Below are positions 8,294 through 18,257 of a stretch of 64,000 nucleotides of DNA, in pieces. The stretch is taken from contig CAWEYM010000004.1 of the NCBI GenBank assembly GCA_963813325.1, positions 386,463 to 450,462 on the forward strand, given 5' to 3'. Position 1 is the stretch's first letter; each line of letters begins with the position of its first letter. Origin of the DNA: an uncultured Acidobacteriota bacterium (GTDB taxonomy: Bacteria; Acidobacteriota; Vicinamibacteria; Vicinamibacterales; JAKQTR01). Below the pieces are notes generated by a model that was given only the letters and a program-made list of their open reading frames with translations, was not told the origin of the DNA and did not search any database. Made by a program: the position numbers and the translations under genes.

Positions 8294-8562
8294 AAGCCCC
8301 GGCCCATGATCGCTGCCGCGCGCTGCTCGGCCAGCTGTCCCGGTTCGTCGATGGCGACCTGGATGGGGTGGAGCGCCGCACGATGGTGATGCACCTGAAG
8401 CAGTGTCCCTGTTGCGAGGAGCTCGCCGAGAGCCTGCAGCGGACCGTCGAGGCGTGCCACCAGGCGGGTCGGAGCCGGCTGCCGGCCGACGTGCGCCGCC
8501 GTGCGCGGGCGCGCATCGCCGCCATGCTGGCCGCCGAGACCGACCCGCACGGCCGCTCGTAG
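8290..8562 (+). CDS. Small cytoplasmic zinc-binding anti-sigma factor (ZAS, RsrA-like)
   Basis: 90 aa, no TM segment. H35-x3-C39-x2-C42 (HLKQCPCC) plus C9. ATG overlaps the sigma gene stop (ATGA). Confidence 0.8.
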   Translation: MKAPAHDRCRALLGQLSRFVDGDLDGVERRTMVMHLKQCPCCEELAESLQRTVEACHQAGRSRLPADVRRRARARIAAMLAAETDPHGRS

Positions 8563-8711
8563 CGCGCGCCGCTGAACCTCTCCGGTTTTCCCCCGTTGGA
8601 CCCGCCCGGCCGTCGAGTGCTCTCGGCGCCCTCCGCCTGACCGGGGCGGCCGCGCGGGGCACGGGCCGCCGGGACCGGCTCCCGGCGCCCTCACCCCGCG
8701 TCGACGCATCG

Positions 8712-9707
8712 TCAGGCTATCTGGTAGGTCTGCAGCACCCGCATGTAATTGGCGCGCTCGAAGGCGGCGGCGTTGGGGCTCCGCTCGAGGCTCATGCTGG
8801 CGTGCGCCTGCGCGAGGGATTCGTACTCGTGCTCCTCGAGCCACTGGCGCATGCCGTCCACGATCGTCTTGATGTGCTCGGGACCGTTCCTGAGGAGGCT
8901 GGACACGACCTGGACGCCGCTGGCGCCAGCCATCACGGCCTTCAGGGCGTCGCCCGACGTGTGGACGCCTCCCGACACGGCGAGCGAAGCCTTGACGCGT
9001 CCCGACAGGATCGCGAGCCACCGAAGCCTCAGCAGCAGGTCCGCCGAGGTCGAGAGGGCGAGGCTCGGCACCACCGAGAGATCCTGCAGATCGATGTCCG
9101 GCTGGTAGAAGCGGTTGAAGGCCACGATGCCATCGACGCCGAGTGCATCCAGCTGCGCGGCGAGATGCGACACCGACGAGTAGAACGGCGAGAGCTTGAC
9201 CGCGACGGGAATCGAGACGGATTCCTTGACCGTGCGCGCGATGTCGACCACGCGGCGCTCGACGGCGGATCCGGCTTCGCGCTGGTCGGCGGCCACGTGG
9301 TAGATGTTCAGCTCGAGGCCGTTGGCGCCCGCCTGCTCGAGCAGCCGCGCGTACTCCAGCCACCCCTCCGCGGTCGTGCCGTTCAGCGAGGCGATGACCG
9401 GGACCGTGACGGCCTGCTTGACGAGCCGCAACTGCTCCAGGTACTGGTGCGGGCCGGTGCGGAACTCGTCGGCCTGGGGGAAATACGACAGCGCCTCCGC
9501 GCTGCCGTTGTCGAGCAGTTCCATGTGGTAGACCATGCCCAGCTGCTCGCGGGTGATCTGCTCCTCGAACAGGGAGTGCATGACGATCGCGGCGGCCCCG
9601 GCGTCTTCGAGCCGCTTGACGAGATCGAGGTGGTCGACCATGGGCGAGGCGCCCGGCATCACGGGGTGGGGGAGCTTCAGTCCAAGGTAGGTCGTCGAAA
9701 GATCCAT
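8712..9707 (-). CDS. Dihydroorotate dehydrogenase-like TIM-barrel flavoprotein (not a true PyrD)
   Basis: 331 aa with DHOD class-1 fold motifs (GLKLPHPVM, VPVIASLNG, IPVAVKLSP, SGGVHTSGDALK). The active-site N-L-S-C-P-N position reads N-I-Y-H-V-A. It lies directly downstream of nifJ. Confidence 0.85.
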   Translation of the reverse strand: MDLSTTYLGLKLPHPVMPGASPMVDHLDLVKRLEDAGAAAIVMHSLFEEQITREQLGMVYHMELLDNGSAEALSYFPQADEFRTGPHQYLEQLRLVKQAVTVPVIASLNGTTAEGWLEYARLLEQAGANGLELNIYHVAADQREAGSAVERRVVDIARTVKESVSIPVAVKLSPFYSSVSHLAAQLDALGVDGIVAFNRFYQPDIDLQDLSVVPSLALSTSADLLLRLRWLAILSGRVKASLAVSGGVHTSGDALKAVMAGASGVQVVSSLLRNGPEHIKTIVDGMRQWLEEHEYESLAQAHASMSLERSPNAAAFERANYMRVLQTYQIA

Positions 9708-9800
9708 GATTCGCTCTCCGTGTCCCGGGACAATCGTCCCGGGGTCCAGTCTCCAGGAAGGCCCGCGGGGCCACCGGCCCCGCGGGCGAATCGGCGGCTC

Positions 9801-12800
9801 CTACTTCGCGGCCGGCGGGAAGGCCAGCTTCGACAGCTGTTCGTAGACGCTGAACCGTGTCGTGGTTTCGCGCTGCGCACGCTCGGCGAGCATCTTGAAC
9901 CGCTGCGGGTCGAGCTGTTCGACGACGCGGAACCGCGGCTCGTTGTTCGTGAACTTGCTCAGGTCGATCTTGGGCGCGGGCGAGTCCATCACGAGCGGGC
10001 TCTCGCCGTGGTTGATGCGGCGCGGGTCGAAGCGGAACAATGGCCAGTACCCGGAGTCCACGGCCAGCTTCTGCTGGTCGAGGCCGAAGGCGAGGTCGTA
10101 GCCGTGGGCGATGCAGTGGCTGTAGGCGATGATGATTGACGGGCCCGGGAACGACTCGGCCTCGAGGAACGCCTTCACGGTCTGCACGTCCTTGGCGCCG
10201 AAGGCCACATGGGCGACGTAGGTGTTGCCGTAGGCCATGGCCATCATGGCGAGGTCCTTCTTGAAGTTGGACTTGCCGGCCATCGCGAATTTCGCCGACG
10301 CGCCGAGCGGCGTCGCCTTCGACTGCTGCCCCCCGGTGTTGGAGTAGACCTCGGTGTCGAGGACGAGGATGTTGACGTCGCGGCCCATCGCCATGACGTG
10401 GTCGAGGCCGCCGTACCCGATGTCGTACGCCCAGCCGTCGCCTCCGACGATCCAGACGCTCTTGCGCACCAGGTAGTCGGCGACGCGCGCCAGCCAGCCC
10501 GCTTCGGGGGTCGCCAGGGCCGCCAGCTTCTGCCGCAACGCGACGACGCGCTCCCGCTGTTCGCCGATGCCCTGCTCGCTTGACTGATCGGCCTCGAGGA
10601 GGCCGTCGACCAGCGTGCCGCCGAGGTCCGAGGCCAGCGTGCGCACCAGCTCCCGGGCGTGCTCGGCCTGCTTGTCGATCGCCAGCCGGTAGCCGAACCC
10701 GAACTCGGCGTTGTCCTCGAAGAGGGAGTTGGACCAGGCCGGCCCGCGACCGTCGCGGTTCACGGCATACGGCGTGGTCGGCAGGTTGCCGCCGTAGATG
10801 GACGAGCAGCCGGTGGCGTTGGCGATGAGCGCCCGGTCGCCGAACAGCTGCGTGACGAGCTTGACGTACGGGGTCTCGCCGCAGCCGGCGCAGGCGCCCG
10901 AGTACTCGAAGAGCGGCTGGAAGAACTGCGCGCCCTTGACGTCCGCCTTCACCCTGCTGCGGTCCACCTCGGGCAGGTCCAGGAAGAACGCGTAATTGGC
11001 CCGCTCGGCCTCGCGCAGCGGCCGCTGCGGATGCATGTCGAGCGACTTGTGCTTCGGATTGGCCTTGTCCTTCGCCGGGCAGACCACCGAGCACAGCGTG
11101 CAGCCGGTGCAGTCCTCCGCCGCGACCTGGATCGTGTACTTGAGGCCCTTGAACTCGCCGCCCTTGAAGTCCATCGACTTGAACGTGGGCGGGGCACCTT
11201 CCAGGAGCGCCGGCTCGTACACCTTCGCGCGGATCGCGGCGTGCGGACAGACCATCGCGCACTTGTTGCACTGGATGCAGATGGCAGCGTCCCACACCGG
11301 GATGTCCTGCGCGATGTTCCGCTTCTCCCACTGCGCCGTCGCGGAGGGCCACGTCCCGTCGACCGGGAAGGCGCTGACCGGCAGCAGGTCGCCCTTGTTG
11401 GCCAGCATCACCGCGGTCACGCGCTTGACGAAGTCGGGGGCCGCGTCCGCGACGATGGGCGGCATCAGGCGCGTGGCAGTCACCCGCTCCGGCACGGCGA
11501 CCTGGTGCAGGTTGGCCAGCGTCTGGTCGACCGCGGCGAAGTTCTTTCTGACCACCTCGGGGCCGCGCTTGCCGTACGTCTTCTCGATGGCCTTCTTGAT
11601 CTGCGTGATCGCCTCGTCACGGGGCAGCACGCCCGAAATCGCGAAGAAGCACGTCTGCATGATCGTGTTGATGCGGTTGCCCATGCCCGTGTCGCGCGCG
11701 ACGCTGTAGGCGTCGATGACGTAGAACACGAGCTTTCGATCGATGATGACCTGCTGCGCCTCGCGCGGCAGTTCGTCCCAGACCTGGTCGCCCGGGAACG
11801 GGCTGTTGAGCAGGAACACGGCTCCCGGCGCCGCGTAGTCCAGGACGTCGTACTTGTCCATGAACTCGTACTGGTGGCACGCGACGAAGTTCGCCCGCCT
11901 GACCAGGTACGACGAGCGGATCTGCCGCGGGCCGAACCGCAGGTGCGAGATGGTGATCGCGCCCGCCTTCTTCGAGTCGTACACGAAGTAGCCCTGGGCG
12001 AAGTTGTCCGTCTCCTCGCCGATGATCTTGATGGAGTTCTTGTTCGCCCCGACCGTGCCGTCCGAGCCGAGCCCGAAGAACACGCACCGCCTGACGTCGT
12101 CCGGCTCGATGTCGAGATCCAGGTCGTGCGCCAGCGACAGGTGCGTCACGTCGTCCACGATGCCGACGGTGAAGTGATTCCTCGGCCGCGGCAGCGCGAG
12201 GTTGTCGTACACCCCCTTCACCATCGCGGGCGTGAACTCCTTCGACGAGAGCCCGTAGCGACCGCCGACGATGACCGGGTCCTGAGCCATCGGCGCCGTG
12301 CCCGCCGACCGGGCCTCGCGCAGCGCCGTGACCACGTCGAGGTACAGCGGCTCGCCCAGCGCCCCGGGTTCCTTGGTGCGATCCAGGACGCCGATGGACG
12401 TGACGGTGGCCGGCAGGACGCCGACGAAATGCGCGATCGAGAACGGCCGGTACAGGCGGACCTTGACCAGCCCGACCTTCTCGCCCCGGGCGACCATCCA
12501 CTCGACCGCCTCGTGCGCGACCTCGGCGCCCGAGCCCATCATCACGATGACGCGCTCGGCCTGCGGGTGGCCGACATAATCGAAGAGGTGATACGGGCGG
12601 GCCGCCAGCCGGCCGAACTGCTCCATGACGTCCTGCACAACCGCCGGGCACGCGTCGTAGTAACCGTTGCAGGCCTCCCGGGCCTGGAAGAACGCGTCCG
12701 GGTTCTGCGCCGTGCCGCGGAGCACCGGCCGATCAGGGGAGAGCGCCCGCCGCCGATGATCGGCGATCAGGGTGTCGGGCAGCATCGCCCGCAGGTCCTC

Positions 12801-13364
12801 GTCCACCAGCTGCTCGATCTTGGCCACCTCGTGCGAGGTCCGGAAGCCGTCGAAGAAGTGGAGAAACGGCACGCGGCTCCGCAGCGTCGCAGCCTGCCCG
12901 ATCAGCGCGAAGTCGTGGGCCTCCTGGGGCGATCCCGACGCGAGCATCGCGAACCCCGTCTGGCGGCACGCCATCACGTCGGAGTGATCGCCGAAGATCG
13001 ACAGCGCGTGCGACGCGACCGTGCGGGCCGAGACGTGCATGCAGCAGGACGTCAACTCGCCCGCGATCTTGAACATGTTCGGGATCATCAGCAGGAGGCC
13101 CTGCGACGCCGTGAAGGTCGTCGTCAGCGCGCCCGCCTGGAGCGAGCCGTGCACCGCGCCGGATGCGCCGCCCTCGGATTGCATCTCCACGACCAGCGGG
13201 ACGGTGCCCCAGACGTTCTTGTGGCCCTTGGCGGACCACTCATCCGCCCATTCGCCCATGTTGGACGACGGGGTGATCGGGTAGATGGCGATGACCTCGT
13301 TCGTGCGGTGCGCGACGGAGGCAACGGCTTCGTTGCCATCGATGGTGATGTACGGCCGTGTCAT
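9801..13364 (-). CDS. nifJ: Pyruvate:ferredoxin (flavodoxin) oxidoreductase, single-polypeptide type
   Basis: About 1,187 aa. Begins MTRPYITIDGNEAVASVAHRTNEVIAIYPITPSS. Ferredoxin-like CIQCNKCAMVCPHAAIR and CTGCTLCSVVCP. ThDP domain GGDGWAYDIGYGGLDH. ATG 13364 is preferred over 13409. Confidence 0.95.
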   Translation of the reverse strand: MTRPYITIDGNEAVASVAHRTNEVIAIYPITPSSNMGEWADEWSAKGHKNVWGTVPLVVEMQSEGGASGAVHGSLQAGALTTTFTASQGLLLMIPNMFKIAGELTSCCMHVSARTVASHALSIFGDHSDVMACRQTGFAMLASGSPQEAHDFALIGQAATLRSRVPFLHFFDGFRTSHEVAKIEQLVDEDLRAMLPDTLIADHRRRALSPDRPVLRGTAQNPDAFFQAREACNGYYDACPAVVQDVMEQFGRLAARPYHLFDYVGHPQAERVIVMMGSGAEVAHEAVEWMVARGEKVGLVKVRLYRPFSIAHFVGVLPATVTSIGVLDRTKEPGALGEPLYLDVVTALREARSAGTAPMAQDPVIVGGRYGLSSKEFTPAMVKGVYDNLALPRPRNHFTVGIVDDVTHLSLAHDLDLDIEPDDVRRCVFFGLGSDGTVGANKNSIKIIGEETDNFAQGYFVYDSKKAGAITISHLRFGPRQIRSSYLVRRANFVACHQYEFMDKYDVLDYAAPGAVFLLNSPFPGDQVWDELPREAQQVIIDRKLVFYVIDAYSVARDTGMGNRINTIMQTCFFAISGVLPRDEAITQIKKAIEKTYGKRGPEVVRKNFAAVDQTLANLHQVAVPERVTATRLMPPIVADAAPDFVKRVTAVMLANKGDLLPVSAFPVDGTWPSATAQWEKRNIAQDIPVWDAAICIQCNKCAMVCPHAAIRAKVYEPALLEGAPPTFKSMDFKGGEFKGLKYTIQVAAEDCTGCTLCSVVCPAKDKANPKHKSLDMHPQRPLREAERANYAFFLDLPEVDRSRVKADVKGAQFFQPLFEYSGACAGCGETPYVKLVTQLFGDRALIANATGCSSIYGGNLPTTPYAVNRDGRGPAWSNSLFEDNAEFGFGYRLAIDKQAEHARELVRTLASDLGGTLVDGLLEADQSSEQGIGEQRERVVALRQKLAALATPEAGWLARVADYLVRKSVWIVGGDGWAYDIGYGGLDHVMAMGRDVNILVLDTEVYSNTGGQQSKATPLGASAKFAMAGKSNFKKDLAMMAMAYGNTYVAHVAFGAKDVQTVKAFLEAESFPGPSIIIAYSHCIAHGYDLAFGLDQQKLAVDSGYWPLFRFDPRRINHGESPLVMDSPAPKIDLSKFTNNEPRFRVVEQLDPQRFKMLAERAQRETTTRFSVYEQLSKLAFPPAAK

Positions 13365-13465
13365 ATCGTTGGAATCTCCGAAAGGTGACCGGTGCGGTCC
13401 ATGGAACACGGGGACGCGAGCAGGACGCGCGGCCCCCAGAATCTCACAGCAACCTCTGTGCCCTT

Positions 13466-13494
13466 TGTAACATCTTTATCTATAAAGAGTTACA
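13466..13494. promoter_or_regulatory. AT-rich near-perfect palindrome (candidate operator/promoter) upstream of nifJ
   Basis: TGTAACATCTTTATCTATAAAGAGTTACA. The outer arms TGTAAC/GTTACA and the inner arms TCTTTAT/ATAAAGA are reverse complements, with one bulged A and a 2-nt centre. It is an AT island in GC-rich DNA, about 100 nt upstream of the nifJ ATG. It contains TATAAA/TATAGA -10-like hexamers on both strands. Confidence 0.4.
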
Positions 13495-13757
13495 GGATAG
13501 GTCCGGCCGGGGGGCGAGGGGGTGCCGGAATGTCGGCATGGCATGAACTCATGCCCGCCGGTGGCGGAGCGCGAACCGCGTCGAGACGAACGCCGGAGAT
13601 GTCCGCAGGGGACTGGCGGGGGACTGCCCGACGGGTCGAGGGCGACCTCGCGGGTGCCTTGCGGCTCACCGACAACCTGAGAACGTACCATCACCGGGGC
13701 GATTTGTGAAGGGGCATGCCGCCGAGGATTCGGAAACGGGCGCCGAGCGTCTGTAGA

Positions 13758-14527
13758 ATGGTTGATATGGGGACCGTGACGCCTTCAATCGTCGCCTCAC
13801 GTCGAGCCCGGACGGGCCGCTGGACAGCCGGGCCGCGCGTCTGGCTCGGCGGCGTCATCGTCGCGGTGGCCATGGGCGCGTGCGGCGCGCAGGAGCCGCG
13901 GGCGCCGGACCCCGCCCGGCCGGCGGGGGCCGAGGCCGCACCGGCAGGCGCCGTCGCCCCGGCGCCGGCAGCGGCGCGGGTCGTGGTGCTCGGCGACAGC
14001 CTCACCGCCGGTCTCGGCCTGACCCTGGACGAGGCGTACCCGGCGCTCCTGCAGGCCCGCCTGCGCGCGGGCGGCTATCCCGTGACCGTGGTGAACGCTG
14101 GGGTATCGGGGGATACCTCGGCCGGCGGGCTGCGGCGGCTGGACTGGGCGCTCGACGGCGGGGCCGCCGTGCTGGTCGTGGCGCTGGGCGGGAATGACGC
14201 CCTGCGCGGCCTGCCGACCGAGGAGCTGAAGCAGAACCTGGCCGCCATCATCGAGCGCGCGCAGCAGCGTGGCGTGGCGGTGCTGCTGGCCGGGATGGAG
14301 GCGCCGCCCAATCTCGGCCAGGCCTACACGTCGGCCTTTCGCAAGGTGTACCGCGATCTGGCGGCCACGTACCGAGTAGCCTTCCTGCCGTTCCTCCTCC
14401 AGGATGTCGCCGGCGTTCAGGCGCTGAACCAGCCGGATGGGATCCACCCGAACGCGGACGGCGCCCGCCGGGTCGCGGATCATCTTCTGCCCTTGATCGA
14501 AACCATGCTCCGGCAGCGAGTCACGAC

Positions 14528-14531
<4 letters not shown>
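13758..14531 (+). CDS. SGNH/GDSL arylesterase-thioesterase (TesA-like), lipoprotein-type signal
   Basis: Block I VVVLGDSLTAG, block III GGNDALRG, block V DGIHPNADG. N-terminal hydrophobic segment ending AMGAC (lipobox-like). The start is uncertain (13758 or 13767). Confidence 0.85.
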
Positions 14532-15256
<725 letters not shown>

Positions 15257-15258
15257 GC

Positions 15259-17796
15259 ATGGTCTTCGTTCTGCGCATGGCGGTCCGGGAATTACGCGCC
15301 TCGTGGCGCAGGCTGCTGTTCTTCTTCCTGTGCCTGTCCCTGGGGGTCGGATCGATCGTCACCTTGCGGTCCGTCATCCAGATTGTGCGGGAAACGCTGA
15401 CCAGCGAATCGCGGGCGATGCTGGGCGCGGACGTGACGCTGTCGACCAACCGCGCGTGGACGCCCGACACGCTGGCGCGCATCGATGCCGCGCTCGCCGG
15501 CGCGCCCGTGGAGAGCCGCCTCGAGGAGGTGGAAACGCTCAGCATGGTGCGGCCCGTGGACGTGACCCGGGCCGTGGCCCGGATGGTCGAAGTACGCGGC
15601 GTGCAGGACGGCTTTCCGCTCTACGGCAAGGTCGAACTCCAGGGAGGGCAGCCGTACTCCCACGACCTGCTCAGGGGCCACGGCGCGCTGGCGAAGACGG
15701 AGTTGCTGGCGCAACTCGGCGTCGGCGTCGGCGACGCGGTGCTGATCGGGGACACCCGCTTCACGATCCGTGGTGTCCTGACCCGCGAACCCGGGCGGCG
15801 GGCGGGTGCGTTCAGCTTCGGGTCGCGCGTCCTGGTGGACCTCAAGGACCTGCGCGAAACAGGGCTGCTTGGCTTCGGCAGCCGGGCCAGCTACCGGATC
15901 CTGCTGCGGATGCCCGACGTGGCGGCGGACCGGCTCGCCGCTGTCCTCGGCAGCGCGCTCAAGGGCCGGTTCGTCTCGGTGCGCTCGTTCCGATCGTCGC
16001 AGGATCACCTTGGCGAGGAGATGGCGCGGACCGAGAACTACCTGAGCCTGATCGGCCTGGTCATCGTCATCCTGGGCGGCGTCGGCGTGTGGAGCGTCGT
16101 GCGCGTGTTCGTGAGCCAGAAGATCCGATCGGTGGCGGTGCTGAAGTGCCTCGGCGCCACCACCCGCCAGATCCTGTCGATCTACGTGCTCCAGGTGCTG
16201 GTGATGGGCGCGGCTGGCAGCCTGCTGGGCCTGGCGCTGGCGGCCGCCACCGTGCGGGCGCTCCAGCCGGTCGTGGGACAGCTGACCGGGGTGGTCGCGA
16301 GTTACGCGCTGACGACGCCCGCGATGGCGCAGGGCCTGGGCATCGGCCTGCTGGTGTCGCTGCTGTTCGCGCTCGTGCCGCTGCTCGATGTGCGGCACGT
16401 GCGGCCGTCGCTCCTCCTGCGGGCATCGGCCGGGGCACGGCCCCGGTTCGACTGGGTCCGCATCGGGACCATCGTGGCGGTCGGGGGGGTGCTGGTCGTC
16501 GTGGCGAGCTGGCAGGCGGCCTCCTGGCGCATCGGACTGATTCTGAGCGTGGGTCTCGCCGTCGCCGCGTTCGTGCTCAACGGGGCGGGGTGGCTGCTCG
16601 TCCGGGCGATCGCGCCGCTGCAGCGGTCCCGGTCCTTCGCGCTGCGACAAGCCGCGCGCCGGGTCACGCGCCCGGGCAATCAGACGCGGGCGGTGCTGCT
16701 GGCCATCGGGCTCGGCACCTTCTTCATCGTCGGGGTGCGGTCGCTCGAGACCAGCCTGCTGGCGGATTTCGAACTGGAGCTCCGGCCCGACACGCCCGAC
16801 ATGTTCCTGATCGACATCCAGCCGGACCAGGTCGCCGGCCTGCGCGGGTTCCTCGAGGCGCGCGACGGCCAGCGCGGCGCCGACGCCCTGCTCATCCCCG
16901 TCCTGCGTGCGCGGGTGACGGGCGTCAAGGGGCGTGACGTGAACCTCGACAGCTACGAGGACGTGCGCGGGCGCCACGAGCTGGGGCGCGAGTTCGTGAT
17001 CACCTATCGGTCGCAGCTGGCACGCAACGAGCGGGTGGTCGAGGGCACCTGGTGGCCGCCGGGACCGGCCCCGGAGCCCGAGGTGTCGGTCGAGCAGGGC
17101 CTGCGCGACCGGGCCGGCCTGCGGATCGGCGATACCGTGCGGTTCGACGTCCTCGGAAAGGTCATTGCGGCCAGGATCACGAGCGTGCGCAGCGTGGACT
17201 GGACCGACGCGCGGGCGGGGGGCTTCATGTTCGTCTTCCGCCCCGGGACCCTGGAGGGCGCGCCGCAGACGTTCATCGCGCCGGTGCGGGGGCCGGCGGA
17301 CCCGGCCGCGCGGGCGAGACTGCAGCGGGACCTGACGGACCGGTTTTCGAACGTGTCGATCATCGATGTGCGAGAGATCCTGGCGACCGTCCGCCGGGTG
17401 CTGTCGAGCGTGACACTGGCCGTGTCGATTGTCGGGGGCCTCGTGCTCTTCAGCGGCATGCTGATCCTGGTCGGCTCGATCTCGATGACCAAGTACCAGC
17501 GCGTCTACGAAGCGGCGGTACTGAAGACGCTTGGCGCCACGACGCGCGTGGTCGGTGCGATGCTGCTGCTGGAGTACGGCCTGCTCGGGCTGGTCGCCGG
17601 CGCCGTCGGTTCGGCCGGGGCCCTGGGCCTGTCGTGGGCGGTGAGCCGGTACGGGCTGCGGATGCCGTGGCATCCGGCCCCGGTCGAGCACCTCGTGGCG
17701 ATCGCGGTGTGCGCGGTGGTGGCGTCGGCGGTCGGCCTGATCGCGAGCCTCGATGTGCTGCGCCGGAAACCCCTGGCCACGCTCCGCGCCGAGTGA
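15259..17796 (+). CDS. FtsX-family ABC permease with duplicated 4-TM modules (YbbP-like)
   Basis: About 845 aa. Two FtsX-like TM bundles, each preceded by a large periplasmic domain. The start is ATG 15259 or TTG 15253, the latter overlapping the ATPase stop. Confidence 0.85.
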   Translation: MVFVLRMAVRELRASWRRLLFFFLCLSLGVGSIVTLRSVIQIVRETLTSESRAMLGADVTLSTNRAWTPDTLARIDAALAGAPVESRLEEVETLSMVRPVDVTRAVARMVEVRGVQDGFPLYGKVELQGGQPYSHDLLRGHGALAKTELLAQLGVGVGDAVLIGDTRFTIRGVLTREPGRRAGAFSFGSRVLVDLKDLRETGLLGFGSRASYRILLRMPDVAADRLAAVLGSALKGRFVSVRSFRSSQDHLGEEMARTENYLSLIGLVIVILGGVGVWSVVRVFVSQKIRSVAVLKCLGATTRQILSIYVLQVLVMGAAGSLLGLALAAATVRALQPVVGQLTGVVASYALTTPAMAQGLGIGLLVSLLFALVPLLDVRHVRPSLLLRASAGARPRFDWVRIGTIVAVGGVLVVVASWQAASWRIGLILSVGLAVAAFVLNGAGWLLVRAIAPLQRSRSFALRQAARRVTRPGNQTRAVLLAIGLGTFFIVGVRSLETSLLADFELELRPDTPDMFLIDIQPDQVAGLRGFLEARDGQRGADALLIPVLRARVTGVKGRDVNLDSYEDVRGRHELGREFVITYRSQLARNERVVEGTWWPPGPAPEPEVSVEQGLRDRAGLRIGDTVRFDVLGKVIAARITSVRSVDWTDARAGGFMFVFRPGTLEGAPQTFIAPVRGPADPAARARLQRDLTDRFSNVSIIDVREILATVRRVLSSVTLAVSIVGGLVLFSGMLILVGSISMTKYQRVYEAAVLKTLGATTRVVGAMLLLEYGLLGLVAGAVGSAGALGLSWAVSRYGLRMPWHPAPVEHLVAIAVCAVVASAVGLIASLDVLRRKPLATLRAE

Positions 17797-17872
17797 CTCG
17801 GGGAGGGACGCCGGCGTCACGCCCGCATCGCGCTGATGCGCCGGACACCCGGGCGGGGACGGGTCTTCCGCA

Positions 17873-17881
17873 TGATATAAT
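17873..17881 (+). promoter_or_regulatory. Extended -10 promoter candidate (TGaTATAAT) for the dksA-like gene
   Basis: A perfect TATAAT at 17876-17881 is preceded by TG at the -15/-14 positions. It lies 41 nt upstream of ATG 17922 with a GGGAGAAGG RBS in between. No recognisable -35. Confidence 0.4.
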
Positions 17882-17921
17882 CGGCTGTTGACGCACCAAC
17901 GGTGCTGGACGGGAGAAGGGC

Positions 17922-18257
17922 ATGCCTGATACGAGCTACCGCGAGTCGCTGCTCCACAAGCGGGCGGAGATCCTGGCAGAGGGCGGGATCCGGCCCCTGC
18001 AGGCCTCGATGGAGAACAATTCCCGGCAGGGGGATCTCGCCGACCAGGCCAGTGGCAACAACGAGGTCCACATCCAGCTCAAGCTGAAGCAGACCGACGC
18101 GAAGATCCTTCAGGCCATCGAAGAAGCGCTCCAGCGCATCGAGAAGGGTACCTACGGCGTCTGCCGCGACTGCGGCGAGCCCATCTCGCCGGCACGCCTG
18201 AGCGCCATCCCGTGGACCCGGGTCTGCATCACCTGCAAGGAAAAGCAGAACTCGTGA
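17922..18257 (+). CDS. dksA: DksA/TraR-family RNA polymerase-binding zinc-finger protein
   Basis: 111 aa. C-x2-C-x17-C-x2-C zinc finger (CRDC...CITC). Coiled-coil tip motif D38-L-A-D41-Q-A43 (DxxDxA). Confidence 0.8.
   Translation: MPDTSYRESLLHKRAEILAEGGIRPLQASMENNSRQGDLADQASGNNEVHIQLKLKQTDAKILQAIEEALQRIEKGTYGVCRDCGEPISPARLSAIPWTRVCITCKEKQNS

Noticed and set aside
7936-13388. ORFs 7936-11352 (-, 1,138 aa), 8403-10139 (+, 578 aa) and 10659-13388 (+, 909 aa), which overlap the sigma, DHOD-like and nifJ genes.
   Set aside because: They are antisense or off-frame relative to strongly supported genes. Their composition is biased and they have no motifs.
13392-13709. A 105-aa ORF and several 60-70-aa ORFs inside the nifJ-esterase intergenic region.
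   Set aside because: They have no RBS, an arbitrary composition and mutually overlapping frames. The region was treated as non-coding regulatory DNA.
15292-17820. An 842-aa minus-strand ORF and the 15303-16937 plus-strand ORF, both over the YbbP-like permease gene.
   Set aside because: The same GC-driven artefact. The permease frame shows coherent TM helices and periplasmic domains.
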